Assembly: GCA_963787125.1 (NCBI GenBank)
Contig: CAWBBV010000001.1
Location: 416,001 to 480,000 of the forward strand
Length of the DNA stretch: 64,000 nucleotides
Source: an uncultured delta proteobacterium
GTDB taxonomy: Bacteria > Desulfobacterota > Desulfuromonadia > Geobacterales > DSM-12255
Direction of reading: 5' to 3'
Shown here: positions 10,501-21,445 of the stretch, piece after piece
Position numbering within the stretch: the first letter of the stretch is position 1
How the letters are laid out: every line of letters starts with the position of its first letter
The notes under the pieces: model-generated
What the model was told of the DNA's origin: nothing
Databases searched by the model: none
The model's input: the letters and a program-made list of their open reading frames with translations, nothing else
Made by a program: the position numbers and the translations under genes

Positions 10501-11165
10501 GATAGCACCTCTTGCCGGGCTTCACGCTGTAGCCGCATGAAAAGTTCATCGGCGGCAACGGCATTATGGGCGCTGCCATCACCACCTACTTCCGCCACCA
10601 GCTCCGGACGCCAGTTGAAGACTGCACCGCCGACCGCCAATTTAATCCGGCCACTTAATCCTCTGGCGTTGATCAGTTCACGCAGTTTGCAGATGTTCAG
10701 GGCAGTGGTCTGCATCATGGCAGAAGCGCCGATCACACAGGCATTGACCTCAAGCGCCTTTTCCAGAAACTGCTCGGCCGGCACGTCATTGCCCAGGTCG
10801 TAAACATCCCAGCCTGCTGCAGCCAGAAAGAGACCCACGGTTTTGCGGCCAAGACTGTGAAAATCATCCTCGATGTTGCCGATCACAACTGCGCCTTTGC
10901 TGTGACGGTCAGAACTATTATCCGGGACACAGCGAAGCAGAGTGTCTTCCGCAATTTTTGAGGCAACAAAGTTCTGCGCTAACGACATGGTCTCTTCTTC
11001 CCACATCTTGCCGAGTTCGATGATAGCCGGGTCGAGGATACTTTCAATGACCTGCACGGAATCAAGCCCTGTGGCAAGCGCGTTTTCAATAATCCCTTTA
11101 GCACCGGCGCGATCAGCATTTATCATGGCGGTAAGCAACTGTTCACTGAAATCGGCAGGCTTCAT
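10497..11165 (-). CDS. Cobalamin (corrinoid)-binding protein (cap domain + B12-binding Rossmann domain)
   Basis: DFHSLG (DxHxxG), DLGNDVP, GASAMM, AVGGA. RBS AGGAG. Confidence 0.92.
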   Translation of the reverse strand: MKPADFSEQLLTAMINADRAGAKGIIENALATGLDSVQVIESILDPAIIELGKMWEEETMSLAQNFVASKIAEDTLLRCVPDNSSDRHSKGAVVIGNIEDDFHSLGRKTVGLFLAAAGWDVYDLGNDVPAEQFLEKALEVNACVIGASAMMQTTALNICKLRELINARGLSGRIKLAVGGAVFNWRPELVAEVGGDGSAHNAVAADELFMRLQREARQEVLS

Positions 11166-11356
11166 ACGGCAGACTCCTTAATCTAAGGGAAGAAATAATG
11201 GTTAATCTTGTTCGTCTTTAATCTTAGCAATTTTTTTTTAAAATGTAAGAAGTATTGCTTAACTTTACCCGCTAGATCCATTTTAGTCATTACAATGCCT
11301 GAGGCGAACGGCAAGCAGGCATACTGTTTTATTTACTCCGCATTTCATGCTATTGT

Positions 11357-12544
11357 TTGCGATATTTCTTACAGGAGACCATTGTGCGCACATTATTCTG
11401 CTGTCTGTTTGCCTGGCTGTTTTTTACAGTTTTGCATGTATCTGCTGAAGAGGCGGTGCCGCTTGCTGAAAAAGAGGGCAAATGGTCTTTTTCCATGAGT
11501 GACGATAGTAAAGTCCTGAGCAAGGAGCGCTTTAAAAAGCAGCAGAACTCGCTGCGGGATATCTCCGCCATTATCACTGCATCAGCGGCGATGAATCCTC
11601 CCAAAGGGTTCGAAGCCAGATTCTGGGGGTCAGTCACCGCCAAAGACAGATATGATGCGTGCAGCGGGAAAAAATGTCCGCCGTCACGGCCGACTGCCAC
11701 TCTGGCAATGATGCTGGGCCGCTATGAAGAGAACAACGGCAAGGTCAAAGCGGCCTTTAACACACCAGCAACAATGGATATTTCCATCAACAACCTGGGG
11801 CACCTCTTTGCCAACCTTCCCGTCCTTTTCAAAGATGCGGAAGGGTATCTGCTGCCGGAACCAAAGCCGGACGGTGAGCGTGCCGGGATGCGTACCTACG
11901 CGAACAATGGCCATGCCGTTGCTGTCATGACCAGCAATGACAAACCTCTGTGGCAACCTGTCAGCCGGGAAAGATACCTGAAAGCCGCCATTGCAGCTGC
12001 AGCTAAAAGTGCGGGGATGCCGCCGAAGCCGGTTAAAAAGGGTAAAAAGCAGAAGGCTGTCGAGATCAGCGGCAATCCGGTGATGATAGAAGAGAGCAGG
12101 AGCTGGATCGATCCGGCCGAGGAGAAGCGGTGGGTAGAAAGCAGCCGCTCACTTGCCTTTGAGATGAAGGAGTCGGTTGAGGTGCTGCAAGCCAGGTTGC
12201 AAAAGCTTCAGGCTGAGCTCGAGGCAATGCCGGCGGAACAAAGGAAAATGCCGGCAAGAGTGGAGTTCATCACCGCTGCCGATGGGGAAAGCGCGTCACT
12301 CCTGGCTGCTGACAGCAGCGCAGGGGTTGCTGTTGTAACCCCTGATTTCAGATACTTCAACCAGAAGCTGCCATTTGAGGTAATTCAACTTCTGGTTGTC
12401 CAATGGAAATTTGAGGGTAATCAGCTTTATGACCCTGACAAGCCAGGCATTACCGAAACCCTTAACAATAAAAAACTCCTGGAAACCTACAAGAGTATGG
12501 ATTGGCAGAAACTGCGCAGCAAGGTCACTCGAACTGGGCCTTGA
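11357..12544 (+). CDS. Hypothetical exported protein
   Basis: 395-aa ORF with an N-terminal hydrophobic signal-like segment; no recognised motif. Confidence 0.7.
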   Translation: MRYFLQETIVRTLFCCLFAWLFFTVLHVSAEEAVPLAEKEGKWSFSMSDDSKVLSKERFKKQQNSLRDISAIITASAAMNPPKGFEARFWGSVTAKDRYDACSGKKCPPSRPTATLAMMLGRYEENNGKVKAAFNTPATMDISINNLGHLFANLPVLFKDAEGYLLPEPKPDGERAGMRTYANNGHAVAVMTSNDKPLWQPVSRERYLKAAIAAAAKSAGMPPKPVKKGKKQKAVEISGNPVMIEESRSWIDPAEEKRWVESSRSLAFEMKESVEVLQARLQKLQAELEAMPAEQRKMPARVEFITAADGESASLLAADSSAGVAVVTPDFRYFNQKLPFEVIQLLVVQWKFEGNQLYDPDKPGITETLNNKKLLETYKSMDWQKLRSKVTRTGP

Positions 12545-13178
12545 ACGCCTCCATGGTCTCCTTTAAAAGAGCAACTTCATCTTTCAGGGCCGCAACCTCT
12601 GCCTCCAGCGCTGCCATTCGTTCATCTTCAGCCATGACCTTTACCCTGGCAGCTTCAGGAGAAGCTTGCCGCTCCTGAAGCTGCAACTTTGGCTCTCCGG
12701 AAAGCAGATGGGCATAGCGCTGCTCTTTTTGACCCGGCTGACGGGGCAGCAGCATCACCAGTTGCAGTTCAAACTTCTGCAGATCGTTCAACACTTCTTC
12801 AACTGCCGCTATATCAGCGAAAGCTGACATCCGCTCGCATCTCGTCCGCAGCTCACCCAGCGTCTGCGGCCCGCGGAGCAGCAGCTCGGCAATGACTGCC
12901 AGCTCCGGCGGCGGCAGTTTTTCCCCCAGTGAGTGACAATATTTCGGGACTCGCCCGCTTTCTCCGGACAGCCTGGCAAAGCCTTTCATCCGGAGTTTGT
13001 CGAGTCCGCGGACAACATCCTCATCCTGGAGCGTCATGGTCGGCTCACGGTTCGATTTCTGGTTACAGGCGTTTGTAAGCGCATTAAGCGTCAGCGGATA
13101 GTATTCCGGGGTGGTCAACTCTTTTTCTATCAGTGCTCCGAGGATCCGCGCCTCTACCTCGTTAATCGGCATAGTCAT
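12525..13178 (-). CDS. YceH/DUF480 family protein
   Basis: EARILGALIEKELTTPEYYPLTLNALTNACNQKSNREP, LLLRGPQT. Start chosen from the GGAGA RBS. Confidence 0.9.
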   Translation of the reverse strand: MTMPINEVEARILGALIEKELTTPEYYPLTLNALTNACNQKSNREPTMTLQDEDVVRGLDKLRMKGFARLSGESGRVPKYCHSLGEKLPPPELAVIAELLLRGPQTLGELRTRCERMSAFADIAAVEEVLNDLQKFELQLVMLLPRQPGQKEQRYAHLLSGEPKLQLQERQASPEAARVKVMAEDERMAALEAEVAALKDEVALLKETMEAFKAQFE

Positions 13179-13302
13179 AGGTGTCTCCATGATTAATGTT
13201 GTCGTTACCGCAGAATTCGTATATTCTGTCTTACTTTGCTGAGAGTCAACAGATTTTCTCGGCAACGGCTATAGCCGAATTAAACAAAGAAAGGTGAAAC
13301 AA

Positions 13303-13815
13303 ATGGCAATTGCAAAAAAAGGTGATTCAGTTCTATTCAACTATACCGGAACTCTTGAAGACGGCACCGTTTTCGATTCTACTTTCGAAGAAGAAGGTTC
13401 CAGTGAAGAGTGCGATGTAGAAGGCTGCGACAGCGGCGAGTGCGACTCGGATGACTGCGGTTGCGGTCATGAAACCGGGCCGATGAAGATCGTGATCGGT
13501 TCGGGAGAATTTTTTCCGCAGATTGAGGAAGCGCTTGCCGGGATGAGCAAAGGGGAGAAGAAGACCGTTCTGATCCCTGCGGCGGAGGCTTTTGGCGAGT
13601 TTGACGACAGTAAGCTCTTTACCGTTCCGGTTGCGGATCTGCCGGAGGATTTCGAGGCCGAGGAGGGTGATGAGCTGATTCTCTCCGGCGAGGATGATGA
13701 AGAGATGGGGGTCACAGTCGTTGAGAAAACTGCTGAAGAGATCACTTTTGATGCCAATCATCCGCTGGCCGGCAATGATCTGACTTTTGAGCTGGAGCTG
13801 GTGGAGATTCTCTAG
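13303..13815 (+). CDS. FKBP-type peptidyl-prolyl isomerase (SlyD-like)
   Basis: YTGTLEDGTVFDS, EEALAGM, DANHPLAG. Confidence 0.9.
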   Translation: MAIAKKGDSVLFNYTGTLEDGTVFDSTFEEEGSSEECDVEGCDSGECDSDDCGCGHETGPMKIVIGSGEFFPQIEEALAGMSKGEKKTVLIPAAEAFGEFDDSKLFTVPVADLPEDFEAEEGDELILSGEDDEEMGVTVVEKTAEEITFDANHPLAGNDLTFELELVEIL

Positions 13816-13838
13816 AAAGCTCTTCCATAGCAACTGCA

Positions 13839-13877
13839 TAAAAAAAGAGGCGGCCACTTATTGGTCGCCTCTTTTTT
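13839..13877. terminator. Bidirectional rho-independent terminator
   Basis: aaaaaaagaggcggcca-cttat-tggtcgcctctttttt between convergent genes. Confidence 0.85.
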
Positions 13878-13892
13878 GTGAATTTCACCTTG

Positions 13893-15374
13893 TCAGGGGA
13901 GTTCCGTCGTCCCCATCAGGTAGCGGTCACACTCCCGGGCTGCGCCGCGCCCTTCATTGAAGGCCCAGACAACCAGGCTCTGCCCGCGGCGACAGTCGCC
14001 GGCGGCGAAAATACCGGGGCTGCTGGTAGCGTAGCGGTCGAAATCCGCCTTGATGTTACTGCGGGGGTCGCGTTCCAGTTTCAGTGCTTCCGGCAGCGAC
14101 TGCTCCGGGCCGAGAAAGCCCATGGCCAGCAGCACCAGGCTTGCCGGGCGGGTCTGTTCGGTACCGGCAACCGGCGTCGGCACAAACTGTCCCTTGTCAT
14201 TCTTTTCCCAGGAAACTTCCACCGTCTGCACGGCGGTGACATTGCCGTCGCTGTCACTGTCAAAGCTGGTTGCCGTAGTCAGATAAACCCGGGGGTCGGC
14301 GCCGAACTTCGCGGCAGCCTCTTCCTGACCGTAATCCATTTTGTGGACTTTGGGCCATTCGGGCCAGGGGTTGTCCGTTGCGCGTTCCTCCGGTGACCGG
14401 GGCATGATCTCCAGCTGGAGAACCGATTTGCAGCCGTGGCGCAGAGAGGTGCCGACACAGTCGGTGCCGGTGTCGCCGCCGCCGATAATGACCACGTCTT
14501 TGCCGGCTGCAGAAATGAACTCTGCCCCTGCGTTCAAGAGCGCTTTGGTGTTGGCAGCCAGAAAATCCATGGCAAAGTGAATCCCTGTGAGCGAACGGCC
14601 GGTAATGGGGAGATCCCGCGGCAGGGTCGCTCCGGTTGCGACAATCACGGCGTCGAAAGCCTGGCGGAGTTTCTCTGCCGGATAGTCGGCCCCGCCAACT
14701 TCAGTGTTGCAGACAAAACGAACCCCTTCCGCCTCCAGAAGCTTGATACGGCGCAGTACCACTGCACGCTTGTCCAGCTTCATGTTGGGGATGCCATACA
14801 TGAGCAGTCCGCCGGGGAGATCCGCACGTTCGAAGACCGTGACGCTGTGACCGGCTTTATTGAGCTGGGCGGCGGCAGACAGCCCGGCAGGGCCGGAACC
14901 GACGACGGCTACCTTTTTGCCGGTGCTGGTAGTTGGCGGCACCGGAACAATCCAGCCTTCCTCCCAGCCGCGCTCAACTATGCTGACTTCAATATTCTTG
15001 ATGGTTACGGGCGGATCGTTGATACCGAGAGTACAGGAGCCTTCGCACGGGGCCGGACAGACGCGGCCGGTGAATTCGGGGAAATTGTTGGTGCGATGGA
15101 GACGCTCCAGCGCCTGTCGCCAGTGACCACGGTAGAGCAGATCATTCCACTCCGGGATCAGGTTGTTGATCGGGCAGCCGCAGGCCATGCCGCTGAGCAG
15201 CACACCGGTGTGACAGAACGGGATGCCGCAGTCCATGCAACGCGCCCCCTGCTCCCGGAGTTTGTCCTCCGGCATATGGAGGTGAAATTCGTTCCAGTCG
15301 TTAATACGCTCCTGCGGTTCCCGGTCATTCGGGATTTCGCGGCTGTATTCCATAAATCCGGTAGTTTTTCCCAT
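13893..15374 (-). CDS. gltD: Glutamate synthase small subunit
   Basis: [38 protein letters not shown]. Confidence 0.97.
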   Translation of the reverse strand: MGKTTGFMEYSREIPNDREPQERINDWNEFHLHMPEDKLREQGARCMDCGIPFCHTGVLLSGMACGCPINNLIPEWNDLLYRGHWRQALERLHRTNNFPEFTGRVCPAPCEGSCTLGINDPPVTIKNIEVSIVERGWEEGWIVPVPPTTSTGKKVAVVGSGPAGLSAAAQLNKAGHSVTVFERADLPGGLLMYGIPNMKLDKRAVVLRRIKLLEAEGVRFVCNTEVGGADYPAEKLRQAFDAVIVATGATLPRDLPITGRSLTGIHFAMDFLAANTKALLNAGAEFISAAGKDVVIIGGGDTGTDCVGTSLRHGCKSVLQLEIMPRSPEERATDNPWPEWPKVHKMDYGQEEAAAKFGADPRVYLTTATSFDSDSDGNVTAVQTVEVSWEKNDKGQFVPTPVAGTEQTRPASLVLLAMGFLGPEQSLPEALKLERDPRSNIKADFDRYATSSPGIFAAGDCRRGQSLVVWAFNEGRGAARECDRYLMGTTELP

Positions 15375-15447
15375 AGTCGTTTCCTATATCAATATTCTTG
15401 AGGTAATCATGAGTTAACCAATTCTGAATTAAAGCGCCATCTACAAG

Positions 15448-18400
15448 CTAACTACCACAAAGGCGGGCTGCTTCATGGGCGTTCTCCTCAAAAGCCGCAT
15501 TGAGTGCCTCGTCACCGGTAAGTCCGGCAGCTTTGGCCCGTGCCAGCGCCAGCAGTACCCGTTTGTAATCCATCGGCATGACTTTGACAAAGCTGTTCGA
15601 GTACACATTCCAGTTTGCCAGGACAATCGTTGCCCGGGCGCTTTTGGTATACTCTTCATGCTTCTCGATCATGGCCTTGAGGAGAGCTTTGTCAGTGTCA
15701 TCAAGCTGTTCAATGGCGACCATCTGGGTATTACAGTTGGCCGTGAACTCACCGAGAGTGTCAAGAACATAGGCCGTGCCGCCGCTCATGCCGGCTGCAA
15801 AGTTACGGCCGGTGGCGCCGAGAATGACAACCGTCCCGCCGGTCATATATTCGCAGCCGTGATCACCGACCCCTTCAACAACGGCATCAGCACCGGAGTT
15901 CCGGACGCAGAAACGTTCGCCGGCCATGCCGCGGATATAGGCAGTCCCGCTGGTGGCGCCGTACAGGGTCACGTTGCCGACAATGATGTTCTCCTCGGCC
16001 TTGAAGTTGGAGCCGGCCGGGGGGTAAAGGATGATTGTGCCGCCGCTCAGGCCTTTCCCCAGGTAGTCGTTGGCATCGCCGGACAACTCCAGAGTCATCC
16101 CTTTGGGGATAAAGGCGCCAAAACTCTGCCCTGCCGAGCCAAGGAAGCGGAGGCTTACTGTGCCGTCCGGGAGTCCTGCCGGGCCGTGGCTGCGGGTAAT
16201 CTCGTTGCCGACAATGGTGCCGACAACCCGATCAACGTTGGTGATGGGGAGCTCTGCGCTTACCCGCTCGCCCCGCTTGATTGCCGGTTCGCAGATATCC
16301 AGCAGCCGGGTCATATCAATGGATTTATCCAGGCCGTGGTCCTGGGCTTCGGTACAGTAGCGACCGACATGGATGCCAACTTCCGGACGGTAAAGAATGC
16401 TGGAGAAATCAAGACCTTTTGCTTTCCAGTGGGCGATGGCTTTTTTCGGTTCCAGGACGTTGGCGCGGCCGATCATCTCGTTGAAAGTACGTACGCCCAG
16501 CTGGGCCATGATCTCCCTGACCTCCTGGGCCACAAAGCGCATGAAATTGACCACATATTCCGGCTTGCCGGCAAATCTGGCCCGCAGGGCCGGATCCTGG
16601 GTGGCGACCCCTGCCGGGCAGGTGTTGCTATGGCAGACGCGCATCATGATACAGCCGAGGGTTACCAGCGGTGCGGTGGCAAAGCCGAACTCTTCTGCCC
16701 CAAGCAGGGCGGCAATGGCGACATCACGGCCGGTTTTCAGCTGACCGTCGACTTCGATAACGATTCTGCTCCGCAGGTTGTTCAGCAGCAGTGTCTGGTG
16801 GGTTTCAGCAAGGCCCAGCTCCCAGGGGAGACCGGCATGTTTGATGCTGGAAATGGGTGACGCTCCGGTGCCGCCGTCATAGCCGCTGATCAGCACCACG
16901 TCGGCGTGTGCCTTGGCAACCCCGGCGGCAATGGTGCCGACACCGACTTCGGAAACCAGTTTGACACTGATGCGGGCGCGGCGGTTGGCGTTTTTCAGAT
17001 CGTGGATCAATTCGGCCAGATCCTCGATGGAGTAAATGTCGTGGTGCGGCGGCGGGGAAACCAGCCCCACTCCGGGGGTGGTGTGGCGGGTTTTGGCAAT
17101 CCAGGGGAATACCTTGGTGCCGGGGAGTTCGCCCCCTTCACCCGGCTTGGCGCCCTGGGCCATCTTGATCTGAATTTCACCGGCATTGGACAGGTAGTCG
17201 CTGGTGACGCCGAAACGGCCGGACGCAACCTGCTTGATGGCGCTGTTTTTGGAATCCCCCAGCTCGTTGGTCCAGGTGAACCGCTCAGGATCTTCGCCCC
17301 CTTCGCCGGTATTGGACTTGCCGCCGATGCGGTTCATGGCGATGGCCAACGCTTCATGGGCTTCCTGACTGATGGAGCCGTAGGACATGGCACCGGTCTT
17401 GAAGCGTTTCATGATCTCCTCGACCGGTTCAACCTCATCAATGGAGATGGGAACATACTCCTTGAAATCCAGCATGCCGCGCAGGGTGTAGTGTCTGCTG
17501 CTCTGCTCATCGATCAGAGCGGAGAAGACCTTAAACTCCTGGTAATCGCCGGTTCTGGTCGCTTTTTGCAGCGATTGAATGGTGAGAGGGTTGAAGAGGT
17601 GCTCCTCGCCATCCTTGCGCCACTGGTACTGACCGCCCGGATCCAGGGTCGGCTCGGCAACGGTTCGCTGCGGATAAGCCTTGCGGTGGCGGACAAGCAG
17701 TTCGGTGGCAATGCCGTTCAGATCGGTCCCTTCGATACGGGAGGGTGTCCAGGTAAAGTATTTGTCGATAACGGAATGATGCAGACCGACTGCTTCGAAG
17801 ATCTGCGCGCCCCGATAGCTCTGAATCGTCGAGATGCCCATCTTGGCCATGGTCTTGACGACCCCCTTGATGGAGGCCTTGAGAAAGTTTTTCACTGCTT
17901 TCTTGTGGTCGAGACCGGGCAGCATCCCCTGCTCGATCATGTCGTCAATGGATTCAAAAGCCAGGTACGGATTAATGGCGGTGACGCCGTAGCCGAGCAG
18001 CGTGGCAAAGTGATGCACTTCGCGGGGTTCACCTGATTCCAGTATCAACGAAACGCGGGTCCGGGTGGCGGTCCGGATCAGGTGATGATGAAGGCCGGCT
18101 ACTGCCAGGAGGGCCGGGATGGCGGTAAACTCTGCGTTCACCCCCCGGTCGGACAGGATAAGAATGGTCGAGCCGGTTTCAATGAACCTGATGGCAGCAT
18201 TGAACAGGCTTTCCAGGGCTTTTTCCATCCCTTCGGGACCGTCGGCCGCCTTGAAAAGCAAGGAGAGGGTGGTGGTCTTGAAGCCGGACTGGTCAAGATT
18301 ACGCAGTTTTTCAAACTCTTCATTGGAAAGGATCGGCTGCTCCAGCCTGATCACCCGGGCACTGGCGGCCGAAGGTTTGAGCAGGTTGGCCTCGGCGCCG

Positions 18401-20037
18401 ATGCGGACCAGGGTCGAGGTTATGATCTCTTCGCGGATCGGGTCAATGGGAGGATTGGTTACCTGGGCAAACAGCTGCTTGAAGTAGTTGTACAGCAGTT
18501 GGGGCTGATCCGACAAGACTGCCAGCGGGGTGTCGGTTCCCATTGATCCCAGCGGCTGCATGCCGTCAACGGCCATGGGGCCGAGAATGACCCGCTGGTC
18601 TTCAAAAGTGTAGCCGAAAGCCTGCTGTCTTTGCAGTACGGTAAAATGATCGGCTTCATGGGCCAGGGGCGCGTCCGGCAGCTCTTCGAGAAGGAGATGA
18701 TTGTCCTTCAGCCACGCTGCATATGGTTTGGCAGCGGAAAGCTCCTGCTTGATCTCTTCATCGGGGATAATCCGCCCCTGCTCCGTGTCCACGAGGAACA
18801 TTTTGCCCGGTTGCAGGCGCCCTTTCTGCAGTATTTTTTCGGCCGGCACCTGCAAAACGCCGGCTTCGGAGGCCATAATGACCAAGCCATCGTCGGTAAT
18901 GTAGTAGCGGCAGGGCCGCAGGCCGTTCCGGTCCAGTACGGCGCCGATACAGCGCCCGTCGGTAAAGGCGACCGCTGCCGGCCCGTCCCACGGTTCCATC
19001 AGGCAGGAGTGGTATTCGTAGAAAGCCCGCTTATCCTTGTCCATCCCTTCGTGGCTTTCCCACGGCTCCGGCACCATCATCATGATTGCATGGGGGAGAG
19101 AACGGCCGGACATAACCAGTAGTTCCAGACAGTTGTCGAACATGGCCGAATCGGAGCCGTTGGTGTTGATGACCGGCAGTACTTTCTTGATGTCGTCACC
19201 GAACAGTTCACTGGCAAAGAGCGATTGGCGGGCATGCATCCAGTTGACGTTGCCCCGCAGGGTATTGATTTCACCGTTATGGGCAAGGAAGTGGTACGGG
19301 TGGGCCCGATCCCAGCTGGGGAAGGTGTTGGTGGAAAAACGGGAATGCACCAGGGCAATGGCCGATACCATGGCCGGATCACGCAGGTCGGGAAAGTAGC
19401 GGTCCACCTGCACCGGCATCAGCATCCCCTTGTAGATAATGGTGCGGGTGGAAATACTGGAAACATACCAGTACGGATCAACTTCCGCATCACGGATTTC
19501 GTGGATTGCCCGTTGGTTGACAATGTACAGCTTGCGGTTGAACGCCTGCTCGTCGCCGCCGCTGCCGTTCCACTGGAGAAACAGCTGGCGTACCATCGGC
19601 TCGCCCGCTTTGGCCGTATCACCCAAAGAAGAGTTGTCCGTCGGCACAACGCGCCAACCGAGAATCGTCAGCCCCTCTTCCCGCACAATCCGTTCGAGGA
19701 CGTGGCGAGCGCTGGAGCGGTCCGGCGCTTCCGGGGAGGTGAAGACCATGGCAACGCCGTAGCAGCCGGACGCGGGGAGTTCAATTCCCAGCGGAGCACA
19801 GACCTGGCGGAAGAAAGCGTCCGGCATCTGCAGCAGAATGCCGGCGCCGTCACCGGTATTGGGCTCACTGCCGACCGCGCCGCGGTGGTCAAGGTTCTCC
19901 AGGATTGTCAGTCCCTGGCGGATGATCTCATGGGATTTTACCCCTTTGATATTGGCAACGAATCCGACACCGCAGGCATCATGTTCAAATTGAGGATCGT
20001 ACAGTCCCTGTTTCTTTGGCAAACCGATATTTTTCAT
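15448..20037 (-). CDS. gltB: Glutamate synthase large subunit
   Basis: [44 protein letters not shown]. Confidence 0.98.
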   Translation of the reverse strand: MKNIGLPKKQGLYDPQFEHDACGVGFVANIKGVKSHEIIRQGLTILENLDHRGAVGSEPNTGDGAGILLQMPDAFFRQVCAPLGIELPASGCYGVAMVFTSPEAPDRSSARHVLERIVREEGLTILGWRVVPTDNSSLGDTAKAGEPMVRQLFLQWNGSGGDEQAFNRKLYIVNQRAIHEIRDAEVDPYWYVSSISTRTIIYKGMLMPVQVDRYFPDLRDPAMVSAIALVHSRFSTNTFPSWDRAHPYHFLAHNGEINTLRGNVNWMHARQSLFASELFGDDIKKVLPVINTNGSDSAMFDNCLELLVMSGRSLPHAIMMMVPEPWESHEGMDKDKRAFYEYHSCLMEPWDGPAAVAFTDGRCIGAVLDRNGLRPCRYYITDDGLVIMASEAGVLQVPAEKILQKGRLQPGKMFLVDTEQGRIIPDEEIKQELSAAKPYAAWLKDNHLLLEELPDAPLAHEADHFTVLQRQQAFGYTFEDQRVILGPMAVDGMQPLGSMGTDTPLAVLSDQPQLLYNYFKQLFAQVTNPPIDPIREEIITSTLVRIGAEANLLKPSAASARVIRLEQPILSNEEFEKLRNLDQSGFKTTTLSLLFKAADGPEGMEKALESLFNAAIRFIETGSTILILSDRGVNAEFTAIPALLAVAGLHHHLIRTATRTRVSLILESGEPREVHHFATLLGYGVTAINPYLAFESIDDMIEQGMLPGLDHKKAVKNFLKASIKGVVKTMAKMGISTIQSYRGAQIFEAVGLHHSVIDKYFTWTPSRIEGTDLNGIATELLVRHRKAYPQRTVAEPTLDPGGQYQWRKDGEEHLFNPLTIQSLQKATRTGDYQEFKVFSALIDEQSSRHYTLRGMLDFKEYVPISIDEVEPVEEIMKRFKTGAMSYGSISQEAHEALAIAMNRIGGKSNTGEGGEDPERFTWTNELGDSKNSAIKQVASGRFGVTSDYLSNAGEIQIKMAQGAKPGEGGELPGTKVFPWIAKTRHTTPGVGLVSPPPHHDIYSIEDLAELIHDLKNANRRARISVKLVSEVGVGTIAAGVAKAHADVVLISGYDGGTGASPISSIKHAGLPWELGLAETHQTLLLNNLRSRIVIEVDGQLKTGRDVAIAALLGAEEFGFATAPLVTLGCIMMRVCHSNTCPAGVATQDPALRARFAGKPEYVVNFMRFVAQEVREIMAQLGVRTFNEMIGRANVLEPKKAIAHWKAKGLDFSSILYRPEVGIHVGRYCTEAQDHGLDKSIDMTRLLDICEPAIKRGERVSAELPITNVDRVVGTIVGNEITRSHGPAGLPDGTVSLRFLGSAGQSFGAFIPKGMTLELSGDANDYLGKGLSGGTIILYPPAGSNFKAEENIIVGNVTLYGATSGTAYIRGMAGERFCVRNSGADAVVEGVGDHGCEYMTGGTVVILGATGRNFAAGMSGGTAYVLDTLGEFTANCNTQMVAIEQLDDTDKALLKAMIEKHEEYTKSARATIVLANWNVYSNSFVKVMPMDYKRVLLALARAKAAGLTGDEALNAAFEENAHEAARLCGS

Positions 20038-20232
20038 GTTGCAACCTTTATCTGTAGCTGATTGAGCTTTAATCCAAGGAGAAACCTGTAGGCTAATGGA
20101 AATTCGTCAGTAAGTCAAGATGGATACTTAATAGTACGAAACGGGAGTGACGGTTTTTATCCGCCTCCGTTGTTGACTAAGGTGGCAAAAAGATGGAATA
20201 TGGCGAAAACCAAGAAGAAAGGCGCCTAAAAT

Positions 20233-21444
20233 ATGTCTGTAATTAAAATGGTTGTCAGCCCTGAGTCGGTCAGGATGGTGGAGCTCGGTCACCCCTGGAT
20301 TATTGCCGATGGTTGTACGAAGCAGTGGCCGGTCAGCAAGCCGGGCGATTTGCTTGAATTGACAGATCTAAAGGGGCGCTTTCTCGGGATAGCACTCGCG
20401 GATCCCGGCGAGCGGATTGTTGCCAGAATCATCTCCCGCCGGAAGATCCGCTTTAATCTGCAATGGCTCAAGCAGCGCCTGCAGGCAGCAATCAATCTCC
20501 GCCCTAACTATATCAATCAGGAGGATACAAACGTTTTTCGGCTGGTAAACGGCGAAGGTGATTATCTGCCGGGACTCACGATTGACCGGTATGCTGATTA
20601 CCTCATGGTGCAACTTTACGGCAACGTCTGGCGACCGCATCTGCAGCTGCTTGTCCAGGCGTTGAACGAACTTCTTCAGCCGGCAGGTATTTATGAAAAA
20701 TCCCGGCCCCAGAGTACCCGTGAGCTTGAGGCGACAACTGAAAGTAAGAGCTACGGACGGCTTCTTGCCGGGAGAGCTGCTGCTGCCAGGCTTGAAGTTG
20801 CAGAGAATGGTCTGAATTTCCTTGTCAGCCTGGAAAAAGGGCTTGATGCCGGCCTCTTTATGGATCAGCGGCAGAATCGCGCCGAGCTCATGAAAATGAC
20901 GGCCGGGAAGCGTCTCCTCAATCTTTTCTCCTATACCGGCGCATTTTCTGTCGCCGCGGCGGCTGCAGGGGCGGCCAAGGTTACGAGCGTCGATGTCTCG
21001 GCGGCTTACATGGAGTGGGCCAGGGTGAATTTCGGCGCCAACCGGCTCAATCCCAAGCGCCATGAGTTTATTGTAGGGGACTGTTTTGATGCCCTGGCGG
21101 GCTTTGGAAAAGAGGGGCGACGCTATGATATAATCCTGATGGATCCGCCTTCTTTTTCCACTACCACCAAAAGCCGCTTCACGACCCTGGGCGGCACCTC
21201 AGGGCTGGTGGCGGCAGCGCTGGCACTGCTTGAGGATGGGGGCGTCCTGATCTGCTCCTCGAATCATCAGAAAGTCGACACAGCCGATTACCTCAAAGAA
21301 CTCCGCCGGGGGGCGCTGCAGGCCGGCTGCGGACTTCAGGTTATATCTTTATCAGGGCAGCCGGCAGACTATCCATATCCGGTAACCTTTCCCGAGGGAC
21401 GCTATCTCAAATATGCGACCTGTATCAAACGAGCGGAGGTGTGA
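20233..21444 (+). CDS. RlmI/RlmK-like class I SAM-dependent rRNA methyltransferase
   Basis: GHPWI, NGEGDYLPGL, GLFMDQR, LNLFSYTG, MDPPSF. Confidence 0.88.
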   Translation: MSVIKMVVSPESVRMVELGHPWIIADGCTKQWPVSKPGDLLELTDLKGRFLGIALADPGERIVARIISRRKIRFNLQWLKQRLQAAINLRPNYINQEDTNVFRLVNGEGDYLPGLTIDRYADYLMVQLYGNVWRPHLQLLVQALNELLQPAGIYEKSRPQSTRELEATTESKSYGRLLAGRAAAARLEVAENGLNFLVSLEKGLDAGLFMDQRQNRAELMKMTAGKRLLNLFSYTGAFSVAAAAAGAAKVTSVDVSAAYMEWARVNFGANRLNPKRHEFIVGDCFDALAGFGKEGRRYDIILMDPPSFSTTTKSRFTTLGGTSGLVAAALALLEDGGVLICSSNHQKVDTADYLKELRRGALQAGCGLQVISLSGQPADYPYPVTFPEGRYLKYATCIKRAEV

Positions 21445-21445
21445 G

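Noticed and set aside
11166..11356. Cobalamin riboswitch or sigma54 promoter upstream of the corrinoid operon
   Set aside because: AT-rich spacer; no B12-box or TGGCAC-N5-TTGC match found by eye.
15475..20061. Long plus-strand ORFs (461, 376, 278 aa) opposite gltB, and similar ones opposite other genes
   Set aside because: Antisense shadows of GC-rich coding genes, with no motifs of their own.
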